A stretch of DNA of 44,860 nucleotides from Macrostomum lignano (lineage: Eukaryota). Shown here in pieces: positions 25,313 to 35,936 of this stretch. Within the stretch, counting starts at the first letter, position 1; every line of letters starts with the position of its first letter. The stretch spans positions 1 to 44,860 of the forward strand of contig NIVC01004469.1 in NCBI GenBank assembly GCA_002269645.1. The letters run 5' to 3'. The notes under the pieces are model-generated. The model saw nothing but the letters and a program-made list of their open reading frames with translations, did no database searches and was not told the DNA's origin. Made by a program: the position numbers and the translations under genes.

Positions 25313-28300
25313 TTAGACCTTATAACAAACAGGTTTACGAGGCCGCAAATCATACGAGCTTTGGGGCTGGAGAGTCTCATCTCCAGAACTCAGCGGGGAG
25401 TCACAGTCAGTCACCTCAGGTTCACGCAGCTCCGAGTCAGAGCCAGCCTTGGCACCCTGAATCGATAGCCCAGCCTGATCCTCGGATCCAGCCGCCTCGG
25501 TCAGCCGCCGATCGGCCTCCGCCTCCGGGCGGCAGCTCCATTGGTTTGCGTGCGCCATCCGCAGTCCACCGTCTGGTAGGTCAGCTGAGGTCACCAGAGC
25601 TGTGTTCCGGCCGTGCTGCACGATGAACTTGGCCGGAACCGGAGCCGTGCCAGGCCGAGCCCTCAGCCAGATGGAGTCACCCACCTGCTCGGTCATCGTC
25701 AGCGGATGGCGCAGCCGGCGTCCCCACATGAGAATGTCCGGCGAGCTGGAACGATTCCCGCTAGGCCTGCTGGTGCGAATGGTTAGGAGCAATTTCTGCA
25801 GGAACTGGTCAAATGGGACCACTTTCGTCCACGTCTTCAGCCCGCCTTTGAGACTCCTCACCAACCGCTCAGCCTGCCCGTTCGATGCCGGATGGTACGG
25901 TGGGGTGTGCATCTCCTGGCAGCCGACACTGTTCAGCCACTGCGAGACTCTTTCCGACCTGAACTCGGGCGCATTATCCGACACTAGCGTCCGAGGCACT
26001 CCATTTCTGGCGAACACCGCTCTCAGCACTCTCAGCACACTGCCTGCAGACCTGTCTGGGACCTGGACAGCTTCTGGCCAACCCGAGTATGCATCAGACA
26101 GCAACAGTAGCAAGCCCACTCCTGGCACCTCACAGTGGTCCATGTGGACCCGGGACCACGGCTCGCTCTCGGATGGCCAGATGTCAATTTTCCGCTGAAC
26201 CACCGGCCGTCTTTCAGCGCACAGCTGACACCGCTCAACAAACTGACGGACATCGCGATCCAGTCCAGGCCACCAGAACTCCTTAGACACATGGGCCTTC
26301 GTATTTTCCGCGCTCGGGTGCACCTCATCATGCGCGGTCTCCAAAATGCGCCGCCAGAGAATGGTCGGAGGCACCACCCTGGTACCATGGATGACCAGCC
26401 CGTTCTCCACAGACAACGCTTCCCGACACGCTTTGTACGGCCGCTCCAGCTGAGAGACCTGACCCCACCGGCCTGTCCTGATTCTCTGCTGGAGTCTTTG
26501 AAGCAGTGAACACCGGGAAGTACTTTCTCTCAGCTCCTCCACGGTAACCAAGCCTCCGTCAGTGATCAACTCAGTCTGATGAACAGACTCCGTCTCAGGA
26601 TCGAGGTTTTCAAAGCTCAGCCTTGATAGAGCGTCAGCATCCTGCATCTTCTTTCCCGGCACATATTCAATCTCGTAATCATAAGCCGATAGCCGCAGAG
26701 CCCACCGGGTTAGTCTGGCAGAAACAGTCTTTGGAAGATTCTTGCAAGGATTCAGAATAAACTTCAAAGGCTCGTGATCGGTCTGCAGAATGAATTTCCT
26801 CCCTAGCAACATTTTTCGAGCTCGTTCAACCGCCCAAACAATAGCCAGCGCTTCTCTCTCGATGTTTGAGTAGTTGGTTTCTGCCTGTGTGAGCGCCCTG
26901 GACATGAACATGACGGGATGTCCAGACTGGACCAGCACCGCGCCCAAGGATTTCTCGCTCGCATCAACTCGAAGACAGACAGGCGCGGAAACATCAAACG
27001 GCTTGATGCACGGGTTTGAGGCCAGACTCCTTTTGACCTCCGAAAATGCCGCCTCAGCCACCGCGTTCCATTCAAAGACCCGGTCACCGCGGCGAAGCTC
27101 CTGAAGAGGCCGACATTTCTCAGAAAAGTTTGGAACCAGCCGTCCATAAAATTGAGCCAGTCCTAGAAATCTCTCCAAATCTTTCTTGGTCTTCGGCACC
27201 TCGACATCCATCACACGTTTCACCATGCCCGGATCGGGTTTTATTCCTTCATCATCAATAATGTGACCAAGAAACTTCAGGCTGTTGGCTTCCATCACGC
27301 ACTTCGCCTCGTTGATCTTGACATTTGCGGCCTTTAACTTGTTGAGCACCTGCTCCCTAATTTTCTGCAACTCTGCCCGGCTCGCAGCACCGATCAGCAC
27401 ATCGTCCTGATATACTATGACACATGGATGGTCTCCCAGGAGCTTTTCCATCACACGTTGAAAAACAGATGGCGACACCTTAATGCCATACGGCAACCGG
27501 TTAAACCTGTAGCAACCAAACGGAGTGTTTATGGTGGTCACCGCTTTCGATTCCTCATCCAGGGGAACCTGATAGTACCAGGGGAACCCGATAGGTCCAA
27601 CCGACAGAACAGCTTCTTGTTGGCTATTTTCGAAAAGGCTGTCTCAATCGAGGGAGTGAGGAAGGTCTGGTCTTGAACCAACCGATTAACAGCCGAATAA
27701 TCTCCACAAATTCTCACGGATGCCCGATCTGACTTCACCGTCACCACAATTGGACTGCCCCATTCCGACGACATCACCTTCTCAACGATTCCAGCACTTT
27801 CCATCAGGTCCAGCTCCTTCTTAACCAAGTGCTTCAGCGCTAAGGGCAGTTCTCTGGCTGCCTGGAAAATTGGCCTAGCTCCAGCACAAAGACGGATTTC
27901 TCCCGTAGCACCAGATATTCCCAACAAGCTCTCATACCTGTTGCTGGCGGCTGACTCATCAGAACTGGCATGGTGCACCGGTGCGAGGACCAGCAGATTC
28001 CGGCCGAGCAGCCCAAACTCCTGTTGGCAGTCGATGACGGGCAGCTCTGCCGCCTTGAAGCGGCCGATGTTGCCAGTGGTCTCCACCAGGCATTCCAGAA
28101 CGCCCATCTGTCTCATAACGTGTCCGTCATACGCGAGCATGCGCGACTTCGCCGACTTCAGCGGGGGCCTTCCGAGCTCATTCCAGATCCTTCGTGAGAT
28201 TAACGAGCAGGAGGCACCGCTGTCCTTCTCCATCAGTACTTCTCTGTGATTGATTTTCACAGTGCAGAACTCGGCAGGCTTTCCTTCTCCACAGTAGAAA

Positions 28301-29220
28301 ACGGGCTCATCACGATAGGAGTCTTCTGGACTCAGCTGAGTGCCGACTGCTTCACCTGGGGCAGCGAAGTGGGTCCTGGCACCGCGGCACACACGGGCAA
28401 AGTGGCCAGCCTTTCCACATTGATTGCAGGTGGCTCTCAGGGCTCGGCAGTCAGCGGGCTTCTGGTGCGATCTCAACCCGCAACGCTGACAGCGCTGGTG
28501 TCCGAAGTTCTGCTTCTGCCTCATAACCGGATTAACGTTGACAGAGCCGGAGCTATCCGGATGGCAGTGAGCTTCATCAGCCGTAGTCAGACCCGCGGTC
28601 GACAGCGACCTAGCCTGGTGCACCACCGAATCCACGAGAGTCGAGTGAGCAGCAGCCTGGGACCCAGCTGAAAAGTTGCTGACCATCAGCAGCTGCTGAA
28701 CATATTCTGTGACCTGATCGACCGTCAGTTCTTGAGTCACTTCACGCTCGAGCACCTTGTTCCTGATGTTCGAGTTGGCCAGACCGGCAATGAGCCGCAT
28801 CTTGATGAGCGCTTCGGCGGGGTCCGCTCCTTCCTTTTTCAGGCTCTCGAACTCGCATACGACGGCTTGCTCCCTGAGACGAGCGGCATAGCTGGTGACG
28901 GTTTCGCCTTCGGCCTGGCGCATAGACATGAAGGCTGTCCTCTCAGCGATCTGCAGTTTCTTCTTGGGCTCCACAAACGCCAGTAGGCATTGCTTGATTT
29001 CAGACCATTTCATCGCAGACGGGGTTTTTGGAGCAACCAGCTGCTTGACTTTTATGAGCTCAGCGACCCCGAGGCAGCCCATGAAAGCGTCGGTCAGCGC
29101 TCGTCTCTCGTCGGTATCTTCGACTCCTTTGGATCTGGCCTGGGCGTCAAATACTTCAACCCAGGCGCGAAGCTCATCTATATTGCTCAACGGCAGCGTC
29201 TCTCTCAATTTGATGCTCAT
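25313..29220 (-). pseudogene. gag-pol copy 1, split by a +2 nt frameshift at about 27585 between PR and RT
   Basis: ORFs 27538-29220 and 25313-27541 match the two halves of the 1301-aa ORF. CCAGGGGAACCCG here versus CCAGGGAACCG in copy 2. Confidence 0.9.
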
Positions 29221-29242
29221 GATCCTGCTTGCGACGCAAAAA

Positions 29243-29541
29243 TGTTAGTCTAGGAAAACTGAGTCAAGTCATGTTTGCAAGCGAAGGAGAATACCATTGA
29301 AAGATCTCTACCGAAGTGACGAAAGGTATTTATTTGACTACATAACACGAAACCACGTACATTGGTAGACAAACGCCATCCGATTGGCTGGGGGTTAAAA
29401 CCATGCACACTGGCAAGCACAAATGTACACAGGTAGGGGTAAAACGATAGCGCGCAAGAATTATCAGTCACGGGAGAGAGAGAGAGAGAGAGAGAGAGAG
29501 ACAAGTGAAACAACATGAAAAACCAAAGTACAACCCCAACA
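29243..29541 (-). repeat. Shared middle LTR (299 bp, (GA)14)
   Basis: Same sequence as the outer LTRs. PPT on one side, PBS on the other. Confidence 0.95.
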
Positions 29542-29593
29542 CTGCTTCCCCCAAAAGCAGCAAAACAAAAACAAAAGAAACCAAGACCTGTCC

Positions 29594-32500
29594 TTAGACC
29601 TTATAACAAACAGGTTTACGAGGCCGCAAATCATACGAGCTTTGGGGCTGGAGAGTCTCATCTCCAGAACTCAGCGGGGAGTCACAGTCAGTCACCTCAG
29701 GTTCACGCAGCTCCGAGTCAGAGCCAGCCTTGGCACCCTGAATCGATAGCCCAGCCTGATCCTCGGATCCAGCCGCCTCGGTCAGCCGCCGATCGGCCTC
29801 CGCCTCCGGGCGGCAGCTCCATTGGTTTGCGTGCGCCATCCGCAGTCCACCGTCTGGTAGGTCAGCTGAGGTCACCAGAGCTGTGTTCCGGCCGTGCTGC
29901 ACGATGAACTTGGCCGGAACCGGAGCCGTGCCAGGCCGAGCCCTCAGCCAGATGGAGTCACCCACCTGCTCGGTCATCGTCAGCGGATGGCGCAGCCGGC
30001 GTCCCCACATGAGAATGTCCGGCGAGCTGGAACGATTCCCGCTAGGCCTGCTGGTGCGAATGGTTAGGAGCAATTTCTGCAGGAACTGGTCAAATGGGAC
30101 CACTTTCGTCCACGTCTTCAGCCCGCCTTTGAGACTCCTCACCAACCGCTCAGCCTGCCCGTTCGATGCCGGATGGTACGGTGGGGTGTGCATCTCCTGG
30201 CAGCCGACACTGTTCAGCCACTGCGAGACTCTTTCCGACCTGAACTCGGGCGCATTATCCGACACTAGCGTCCGAGGCACTCCATTTCTGGCGAACACCG
30301 CTCTCAGCACTCTCAGCACACTGCCTGCAGACCTGTCTGGGACCTGGACAGCTTCTGGCCAACCCGAGTATGCATCAGACAGCAACAGTAGCAAGCCCAC
30401 TCCTGGCACCTCACAGTGGTCCATGTGGACCCGGGACCACGGCTCGCTCTCGGATGGCCAGATGTCAATTTTCCGCTGAACCACCGGCCGTCTTTCAGCG
30501 CACAGCTGACACCGCTCAACAAACTGACGGACATCGCGATCCAGTCCAGGCCACCAGAACTCCTTAGACACATGGGCCTTCGTATTTTCCGCGCTCGGGT
30601 GCACCTCATCATGCGCGGTCTCCAAAATGCGCCGCCAGAGAATGGTCGGAGGCACCACCCTGGTACCATGGATGACCAGCCCGTTCTCCACAGACAACGC
30701 TTCCCGACACGCTTTGTACGGCCGCTCCAGCTGAGAGACCTGACCCCACCGGCCTGTCCTGATTCTCTGCTGGAGTCTTTGAAGCAGTGAACACCGGGAA
30801 GTACTTTCTCTCAGCTCCTCCACGGTAACCAAGCCTCCGTCAGTGATCAACTCAGTCTGATGAACAGACTCCGTCTCAGGATCGAGGTTTTCAAAGCTCA
30901 GCCTTGATAGAGCGTCAGCATCCTGCATCTTCTTTCCCGGCACATATTCAATCTCGTAATCATAAGCCGATAGCCGCAGAGCCCACCGGGTTAGTCTGGC
31001 AGAAACAGTCTTTGGAAGATTCTTGCAAGGATTCAGAATAAACTTCAAAGGCTCGTGATCGGTCTGCAGAATGAATTTCCTCCCTAGCAACATTTTTCGA
31101 GCTCGTTCAACCGCCCAAACAATAGCCAGCGCTTCTCTCTCGATGTTTGAGTAGTTGGTTTCTGCCTGTGTGAGCGCCCTGGACATGAACATGACGGGAT
31201 GTCCAGACTGGACCAGCACCGCGCCCAAGGATTTCTCGCTCGCATCAACTCGAAGACAGACAGGCGCGGAAACATCAAACGGCTTGATGCACGGGTTTGA
31301 GGCCAGACTCCTTTTGACCTCCGAAAATGCCGCCTCAGCCACCGCGTTCCATTCAAAGACCCGGTCACCGCGGCGAAGCTCCTGAAGAGGCCGACATTTC
31401 TCAGAAAAGTTTGGAACCAGCCGTCCATAAAATTGAGCCAGTCCTAGAAATCTCTCCAAATCTTTCTTGGTCTTCGGCACCTCGACATCCATCACACGTT
31501 TCACCATGCCCGGATCGGGTTTTATTCCTTCATCATCAATAATGTGACCAAGAAACTTCAGGCTGTTGGCTTCCATCACGCACTTCGCCTCGTTGATCTT
31601 GACATTTGCGGCCTTTAACTTGTTGAGCACCTGCTCCCTAATTTTCTGCAACTCTGCCCGGCTCGCAGCACCGATCAGCACATCGTCCTGATATACTATG
31701 ACACATGGATGGTCTCCCAGGAGCTTTTCCATCACACGTTGAAAAACAGATGGCGACACCTTAATGCCATACGGCAACCGGTTAAACCTGTAGCAACCAA
31801 ACGGAGTGTTTATGGTGGTCACCGCTTTCGATTCCTCATCCAGGGGAACCTGATAGTACCAGGGAACCGATAGGTCCAACCGACAGAACAGCTTCTTGTT
31901 GGCTATTTTCGAAAAGGCTGTCTCAATCGAGGGAGTGAGGAAGGTCTGGTCTTGAACCAACCGATTAACAGCCGAATAATCTCCACAAATTCTCACGGAT
32001 GCCCGATCTGACTTCACCGTCACCACAATTGGACTGCCCCATTCCGACGACATCACCTTCTCAACGATTCCAGCACTTTCCATCAGGTCCAGCTCCTTCT
32101 TAACCAAGTGCTTCAGCGCTAAGGGCAGTTCTCTGGCTGCCTGGAAAATTGGCCTAGCTCCAGCACAAAGACGGATTTCTCCCGTAGCACCAGATATTCC
32201 CAACAAGCTCTCATACCTGTTGCTGGCGGCTGACTCATCAGAACTGGCATGGTGCACCGGTGCGAGGACCAGCAGATTCCGGCCGAGCAGCCCAAACTCC
32301 TGTTGGCAGTCGATGACGGGCAGCTCTGCCGCCTTGAAGCGGCCGATGTTGCCAGTGGTCTCCACCAGGCATTCCAGAACGCCCATCTGTCTCATAACGT
32401 GTCCGTCATACGCGAGCATGCGCGACTTCGCCGACTTCAGCGGGGGCCTTCCGAGCTCATTCCAGATCCTTCGTGAGATTAACGAGCAGGAGGCACCGCT

Positions 32501-33499
32501 GTCCTTCTCCATCAGTACTTCTCTGTGATTGATTTTCACAGTGCAGAACTCGGCAGGCTTTCCTTCTCCACAGTAGAAAACGGGCTCATCACGATAGGAG
32601 TCTTCTGGACTCAGCTGAGTGCCGACTGCTTCACCTGGGGCAGCGAAGTGGGTCCTGGCACCGCGGCACACACGGGCAAAGTGGCCAGCCTTTCCACATT
32701 GATTGCAGGTGGCTCTCAGGGCTCGGCAGTCAGCGGGCTTCTGGTGCGATCTCAACCCGCAACGCTGACAGCGCTGGTGTCCGAAGTTCTGCTTCTGCCT
32801 CATAACCGGATTAACGTTGACAGAGCCGGAGCTATCCGGATGGCAGTGAGCTTCATCAGCCGTAGTCAGACCCGCGGTCGACAGCGACCTAGCCTGGTGC
32901 ACCACCGAATCCACGAGAGTCGAGTGAGCAGCAGCCTGGGACCCAGCTGAAAAGTTGCTGACCATCAGCAGCTGCTGAACATATTCTGTGACCTGATCGA
33001 CCGTCAGTTCTTGAGTCACTTCACGCTCGAGCACCTTGTTCCTGATGTTCGAGTTGGCCAGACCGGCAATGAGCCGCATCTTGATGAGCGCTTCGGCGGG
33101 GTCCGCTCCTTCCTTTTTCAGGCTCTCGAACTCGCATACGACGGCTTGCTCCCTGAGACGAGCGGCATAGCTGGTGACGGTTTCGCCTTCGGCCTGGCGC
33201 ATAGACATGAAGGCTGTCCTCTCAGCGATCTGCAGTTTCTTCTTGGGCTCCACAAACGCCAGTAGGCATTGCTTGATTTCAGACCATTTCATCGCAGACG
33301 GGGTTTTTGGAGCAACCAGCTGCTTGACTTTTATGAGCTCAGCGACCCCGAGGCAGCCCATGAAAGCGTCGGTCAGCGCTCGTCTCTCGTCGGTATCTTC
33401 GACTCCTTTGGATCTGGCCTGGGCGTCAAATACTTCAACCCAGGCGCGAAGCTCATCTATGTTGCTCAACGGCAGCGTCTCTCTCAATTTGATGCTCAT
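29594..33499 (-). CDS. Intact Gag-Pol polyprotein, 1301 aa (Gag with zinc knuckles, PR, RT, RNase H, IN)
   Basis: CNQCGKAGHFARVC knuckle; PR DSGA; RT YQDD; RNase H DAS..NYSNIEREALA; integrase zinc finger (H..H..C..C) and D-D-E (HMD, SDNAPEF, AER). Confidence 0.97.
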   Translation of the reverse strand: MSIKLRETLPLSNIDELRAWVEVFDAQARSKGVEDTDERRALTDAFMGCLGVAELIKVKQLVAPKTPSAMKWSEIKQCLLAFVEPKKKLQIAERTAFMSMRQAEGETVTSYAARLREQAVVCEFESLKKEGADPAEALIKMRLIAGLANSNIRNKVLEREVTQELTVDQVTEYVQQLLMVSNFSAGSQAAAHSTLVDSVVHQARSLSTAGLTTADEAHCHPDSSGSVNVNPVMRQKQNFGHQRCQRCGLRSHQKPADCRALRATCNQCGKAGHFARVCRGARTHFAAPGEAVGTQLSPEDSYRDEPVFYCGEGKPAEFCTVKINHREVLMEKDSGASCSLISRRIWNELGRPPLKSAKSRMLAYDGHVMRQMGVLECLVETTGNIGRFKAAELPVIDCQQEFGLLGRNLLVLAPVHHASSDESAASNRYESLLGISGATGEIRLCAGARPIFQAARELPLALKHLVKKELDLMESAGIVEKVMSSEWGSPIVVTVKSDRASVRICGDYSAVNRLVQDQTFLTPSIETAFSKIANKKLFCRLDLSVPWYYQVPLDEESKAVTTINTPFGCYRFNRLPYGIKVSPSVFQRVMEKLLGDHPCVIVYQDDVLIGAASRAELQKIREQVLNKLKAANVKINEAKCVMEANSLKFLGHIIDDEGIKPDPGMVKRVMDVEVPKTKKDLERFLGLAQFYGRLVPNFSEKCRPLQELRRGDRVFEWNAVAEAAFSEVKRSLASNPCIKPFDVSAPVCLRVDASEKSLGAVLVQSGHPVMFMSRALTQAETNYSNIEREALAIVWAVERARKMLLGRKFILQTDHEPLKFILNPCKNLPKTVSARLTRWALRLSAYDYEIEYVPGKKMQDADALSRLSFENLDPETESVHQTELITDGGLVTVEELRESTSRCSLLQRLQQRIRTGRWGQVSQLERPYKACREALSVENGLVIHGTRVVPPTILWRRILETAHDEVHPSAENTKAHVSKEFWWPGLDRDVRQFVERCQLCAERRPVVQRKIDIWPSESEPWSRVHMDHCEVPGVGLLLLLSDAYSGWPEAVQVPDRSAGSVLRVLRAVFARNGVPRTLVSDNAPEFRSERVSQWLNSVGCQEMHTPPYHPASNGQAERLVRSLKGGLKTWTKVVPFDQFLQKLLLTIRTSRPSGNRSSSPDILMWGRRLRHPLTMTEQVGDSIWLRARPGTAPVPAKFIVQHGRNTALVTSADLPDGGLRMAHANQWSCRPEAEADRRLTEAAGSEDQAGLSIQGAKAGSDSELREPEVTDCDSPLSSGDETLQPQSSYDLRPRKPVCYKV

Positions 33500-33518
33500 G
33501 ATCCTGCTTGCGACGCCA
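33500..33518 (-). promoter_or_regulatory. Primer-binding site TGGCGTCGCAAGCAGGAT
   Basis: Starts with TGG a few nt inside the 5' LTR boundary. Its complement ATCCTGCTTGCGACGCCA resembles a tRNA-Ser-type 3' end (inference). Confidence 0.75.
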
Positions 33519-33521
33519 AAA

Positions 33522-33750
33522 TGTTAGTCTAGGAAAACTGAGTCAAGTCATGTTTGCAAGCGAAGGAGAATACCATTGAAAGATCTCTACCGAAGTGACG
33601 AAAGGTATTTATTTGACTACATAACACGAAACCACGTACATTGGTAGACAAACGCCATCCGATTGGCTGGGGGTTAAAACCATGCACACTGGCAAGCACA
33701 AATGTACACAGGTAGGGGTAAAACGATAGCGCGCAAGAATTATCAGTCAC

Positions 33751-33784
<34 letters not shown>

Positions 33785-33822
33785 AGTGAAACAACATGAA
33801 AAACCAAAGTACAACCCCAACA
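33522..33822 (-). repeat. 5' LTR (301 bp, (GA)15)
   Basis: TG...CA, followed by the GACAG TSD. Confidence 0.95.
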
Positions 33823-33930
33823 GACAGTCTGAAAAGAAGAGTCTGAGGACAGTCTGAGAAGGACAGTCTGAGAGGGACAGTCTGAGAAGGACAGTCTGAG
33901 AAGGACAGTCTGAAAAGGACCGTCTGAGAA
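33823..33930. repeat. 14-bp minisatellite (GGACAGTCTGAGAA), right part
   Basis: About 7 units are directly visible. Confidence 0.88.
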
Positions 33931-34046
33931 GCAGATATTGAAAAGAAGTAGTTGAAAAATGAAGAAAATTGGGGAAAGTTTAAAAGCCAAATAGCAAAAA
34001 ATAGTTGCGACATTTCATAATACGACCGTTCAACCGCATTAAACAG

Positions 34047-34351
34047 GACAGCAGATGTTCAACGAGAGCCTGAAAACCAACAATCTCAAGCTGCCTGAGC
34101 CTCATGCAACGCTGCATCTCATGGAGGACTTCTTCACCAACTTCCGTCAGGACAATCACCTCGTACCTTTGGTCGCTTTCCTCGAGTCCGCTCTGGGAAG
34201 GCCGCTGACGCCGCCATCTATGGAGCAGTGCCTGAGGCTGACGCTGCGTCACGGCGAAGCGCCAGAGTACTGCACCGAGGCAGCGAACAGATGGTCCGTG
34301 GCCGAACTGATGAGCGGAGGGAGAGGAGCGACGGGCGTCTCCCGTGCTTGA
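34047..34351 (+). CDS. FOXRED2: FOXRED2 terminal exon 4
   Basis: Acceptor attaaacag|GA in phase 1. LPEPHATLHLMEDFFTNF..HLVPLVAFLESAL..CLRLTL..PEYC resembles FOXRED2 LPRPTAIHHIVEDFLTDW..HILPLRRFLENCL. Confidence 0.87.
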
Positions 34352-35373
34352 TTGATCTCGCAAGCCACGAGTGTAATTTTATTCTCCAACTTGGTTTTCA
34401 TTTGAAGTTGAAAGCCAATATTAGTCTTTAAAGGCACAGACCCTATCAGAACATAGAAGCACTTCGTTTTAATTTTTTAAACTGGTGTGGGATCAATATT
34501 TACCTTCGTCTCATATTTACTTATTTTATTAGTATTATATTGCGATACATATCATATTTGCAAATTTGACTTAAACTCAATCAGTAATTACACTCATACC
34601 TTTCAATATAAGAAAAAATAAATCAGGATCACTCTAAAACATTTCTCAAAACTGAATTCTTGACTTACTGGTTGACCTGGAACTGCGCTTAAATGAAATG
34701 TATAGTTATTTTTGACAAGACACATTTTCTCTAGTATGCATAAAAAAGATTATTTTAATCACGATGAAGGTCACAGATAGTGTTATTATGCATCTTTGCG
34801 CAATTAATAAAAATGGAAAAACCGCGGAATTTCCACGGTTTTTGGACCAACTATATTGCTGATAAAGTACTAGCTATCTAAAGAACGCATATAATTATGG
34901 AAGTTTTATTAGCTCCTTGTTTTAGGTAGCTAAGTATGTGACTTCAAGAATAAAATTAGACTTGAAACTCATCAAACTGAACTTTCGTGCGTAATGTCTA
35001 AATATACTTTTACAGTACATTCAGCCTTATAAATAAGTAGTATACGTTTTTTTGACACAAAGCCGATTTCCTTATGGCGAAATACATAGTAAGTACAGGC
35101 CCAAAAAAATGGCAGAGTCCGAAATTTGCCGTGCACGCAAACTAGCTTTTACGCAATGAATTAACCAATTAGCTGAATCACTTTTACGCAAACACCTGTC
35201 TATCCACCTAAATTCTATCCGCAATGAATGCTGCTAATTACAAGCCCAACCAAAATTCAATTTGACACAAAGCTTATTTCGCGTATAACTTAACGCATTT
35301 AAATTCTTCTTTTCAAGCAGTATTGTATATTTCAACTAGATACAAACACAATTTGACGCACAAATTAGCGAGT

Positions 35374-35936
35374 TTACAAATATTGAGGCAGCACTCGTAA
35401 AACAAAATTGCGTAATTTAGCATACAAGTATCGAAACGAACCAGTGCGAATTATATTCCGTTTAAAAACGCTTCGAATAAAACACTCTAGGTTTCCTCTG
35501 GTAGTCAACTTATGAAAAATATAAAAAATTACCCAAAATCCACAACTTCCACTCTGTGGGTCTTGGATAGCAAAGCGACTATAACACCAATTTTTCGAAT
35601 TTCCACATTCTTTTCCTAGCCATTTTGCTATTCTTGGCAATGGTACTAGACCAAGAGAATCAAAATATTCACCAAGTCGTTTGCTACCGCGACCTGCTCG
35701 ATGACCATAAACCCAAACGCATACCCAATGTTTTCCGGGCAGGTTGGAGACGTCAGTATTAACGATAAAAAATAGTTTTTACCGTCTAAAGGTAAGCGTC
35801 TAAGTCCACCAACAAAGTTTTGAGGAAAAACACCAAGAAATACAACATTTAAAAAATGTGCGCACAATTTCGATACAACATTGCGAAGGAAGCGATCTGT
35901 TACACCACGATCTAGGATAGAATCAATTACTTCCAT
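35374..35936 (-). CDS. Adenain-like cysteine maturation protease (one frameshift at about 35770)
   Basis: Adding one T to the T6 run gives FLGVFP..YFFIVNTDVSNLPGKHWVCVW..EYFDSLG..IQDPQSGSCGFW, with the His/Asp/Gln/Cys catalytic motifs. Confidence 0.9.

Larger units (their letters stand above)
24960..33822 (-). mobile_element. Tandem Ty3/Gypsy LTR retrotransposon (Mag-like), LTR-int-LTR-int-LTR
   Basis: Three TG...CA LTRs, two near-identical internal regions of 3982 and 3980 bp, and a 5-bp TSD GACAG at 24955-24959 and 33823-33827. The Mag-like label is inferred from the single ORF and two zinc knuckles. Confidence 0.96.

Noticed and set aside
25234-33532. Plus-strand and alternate-frame ORFs inside the retrotransposon
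   Set aside because: They are shadows of the GC-rich gag-pol frame. Their duplication only reflects the tandem copy.
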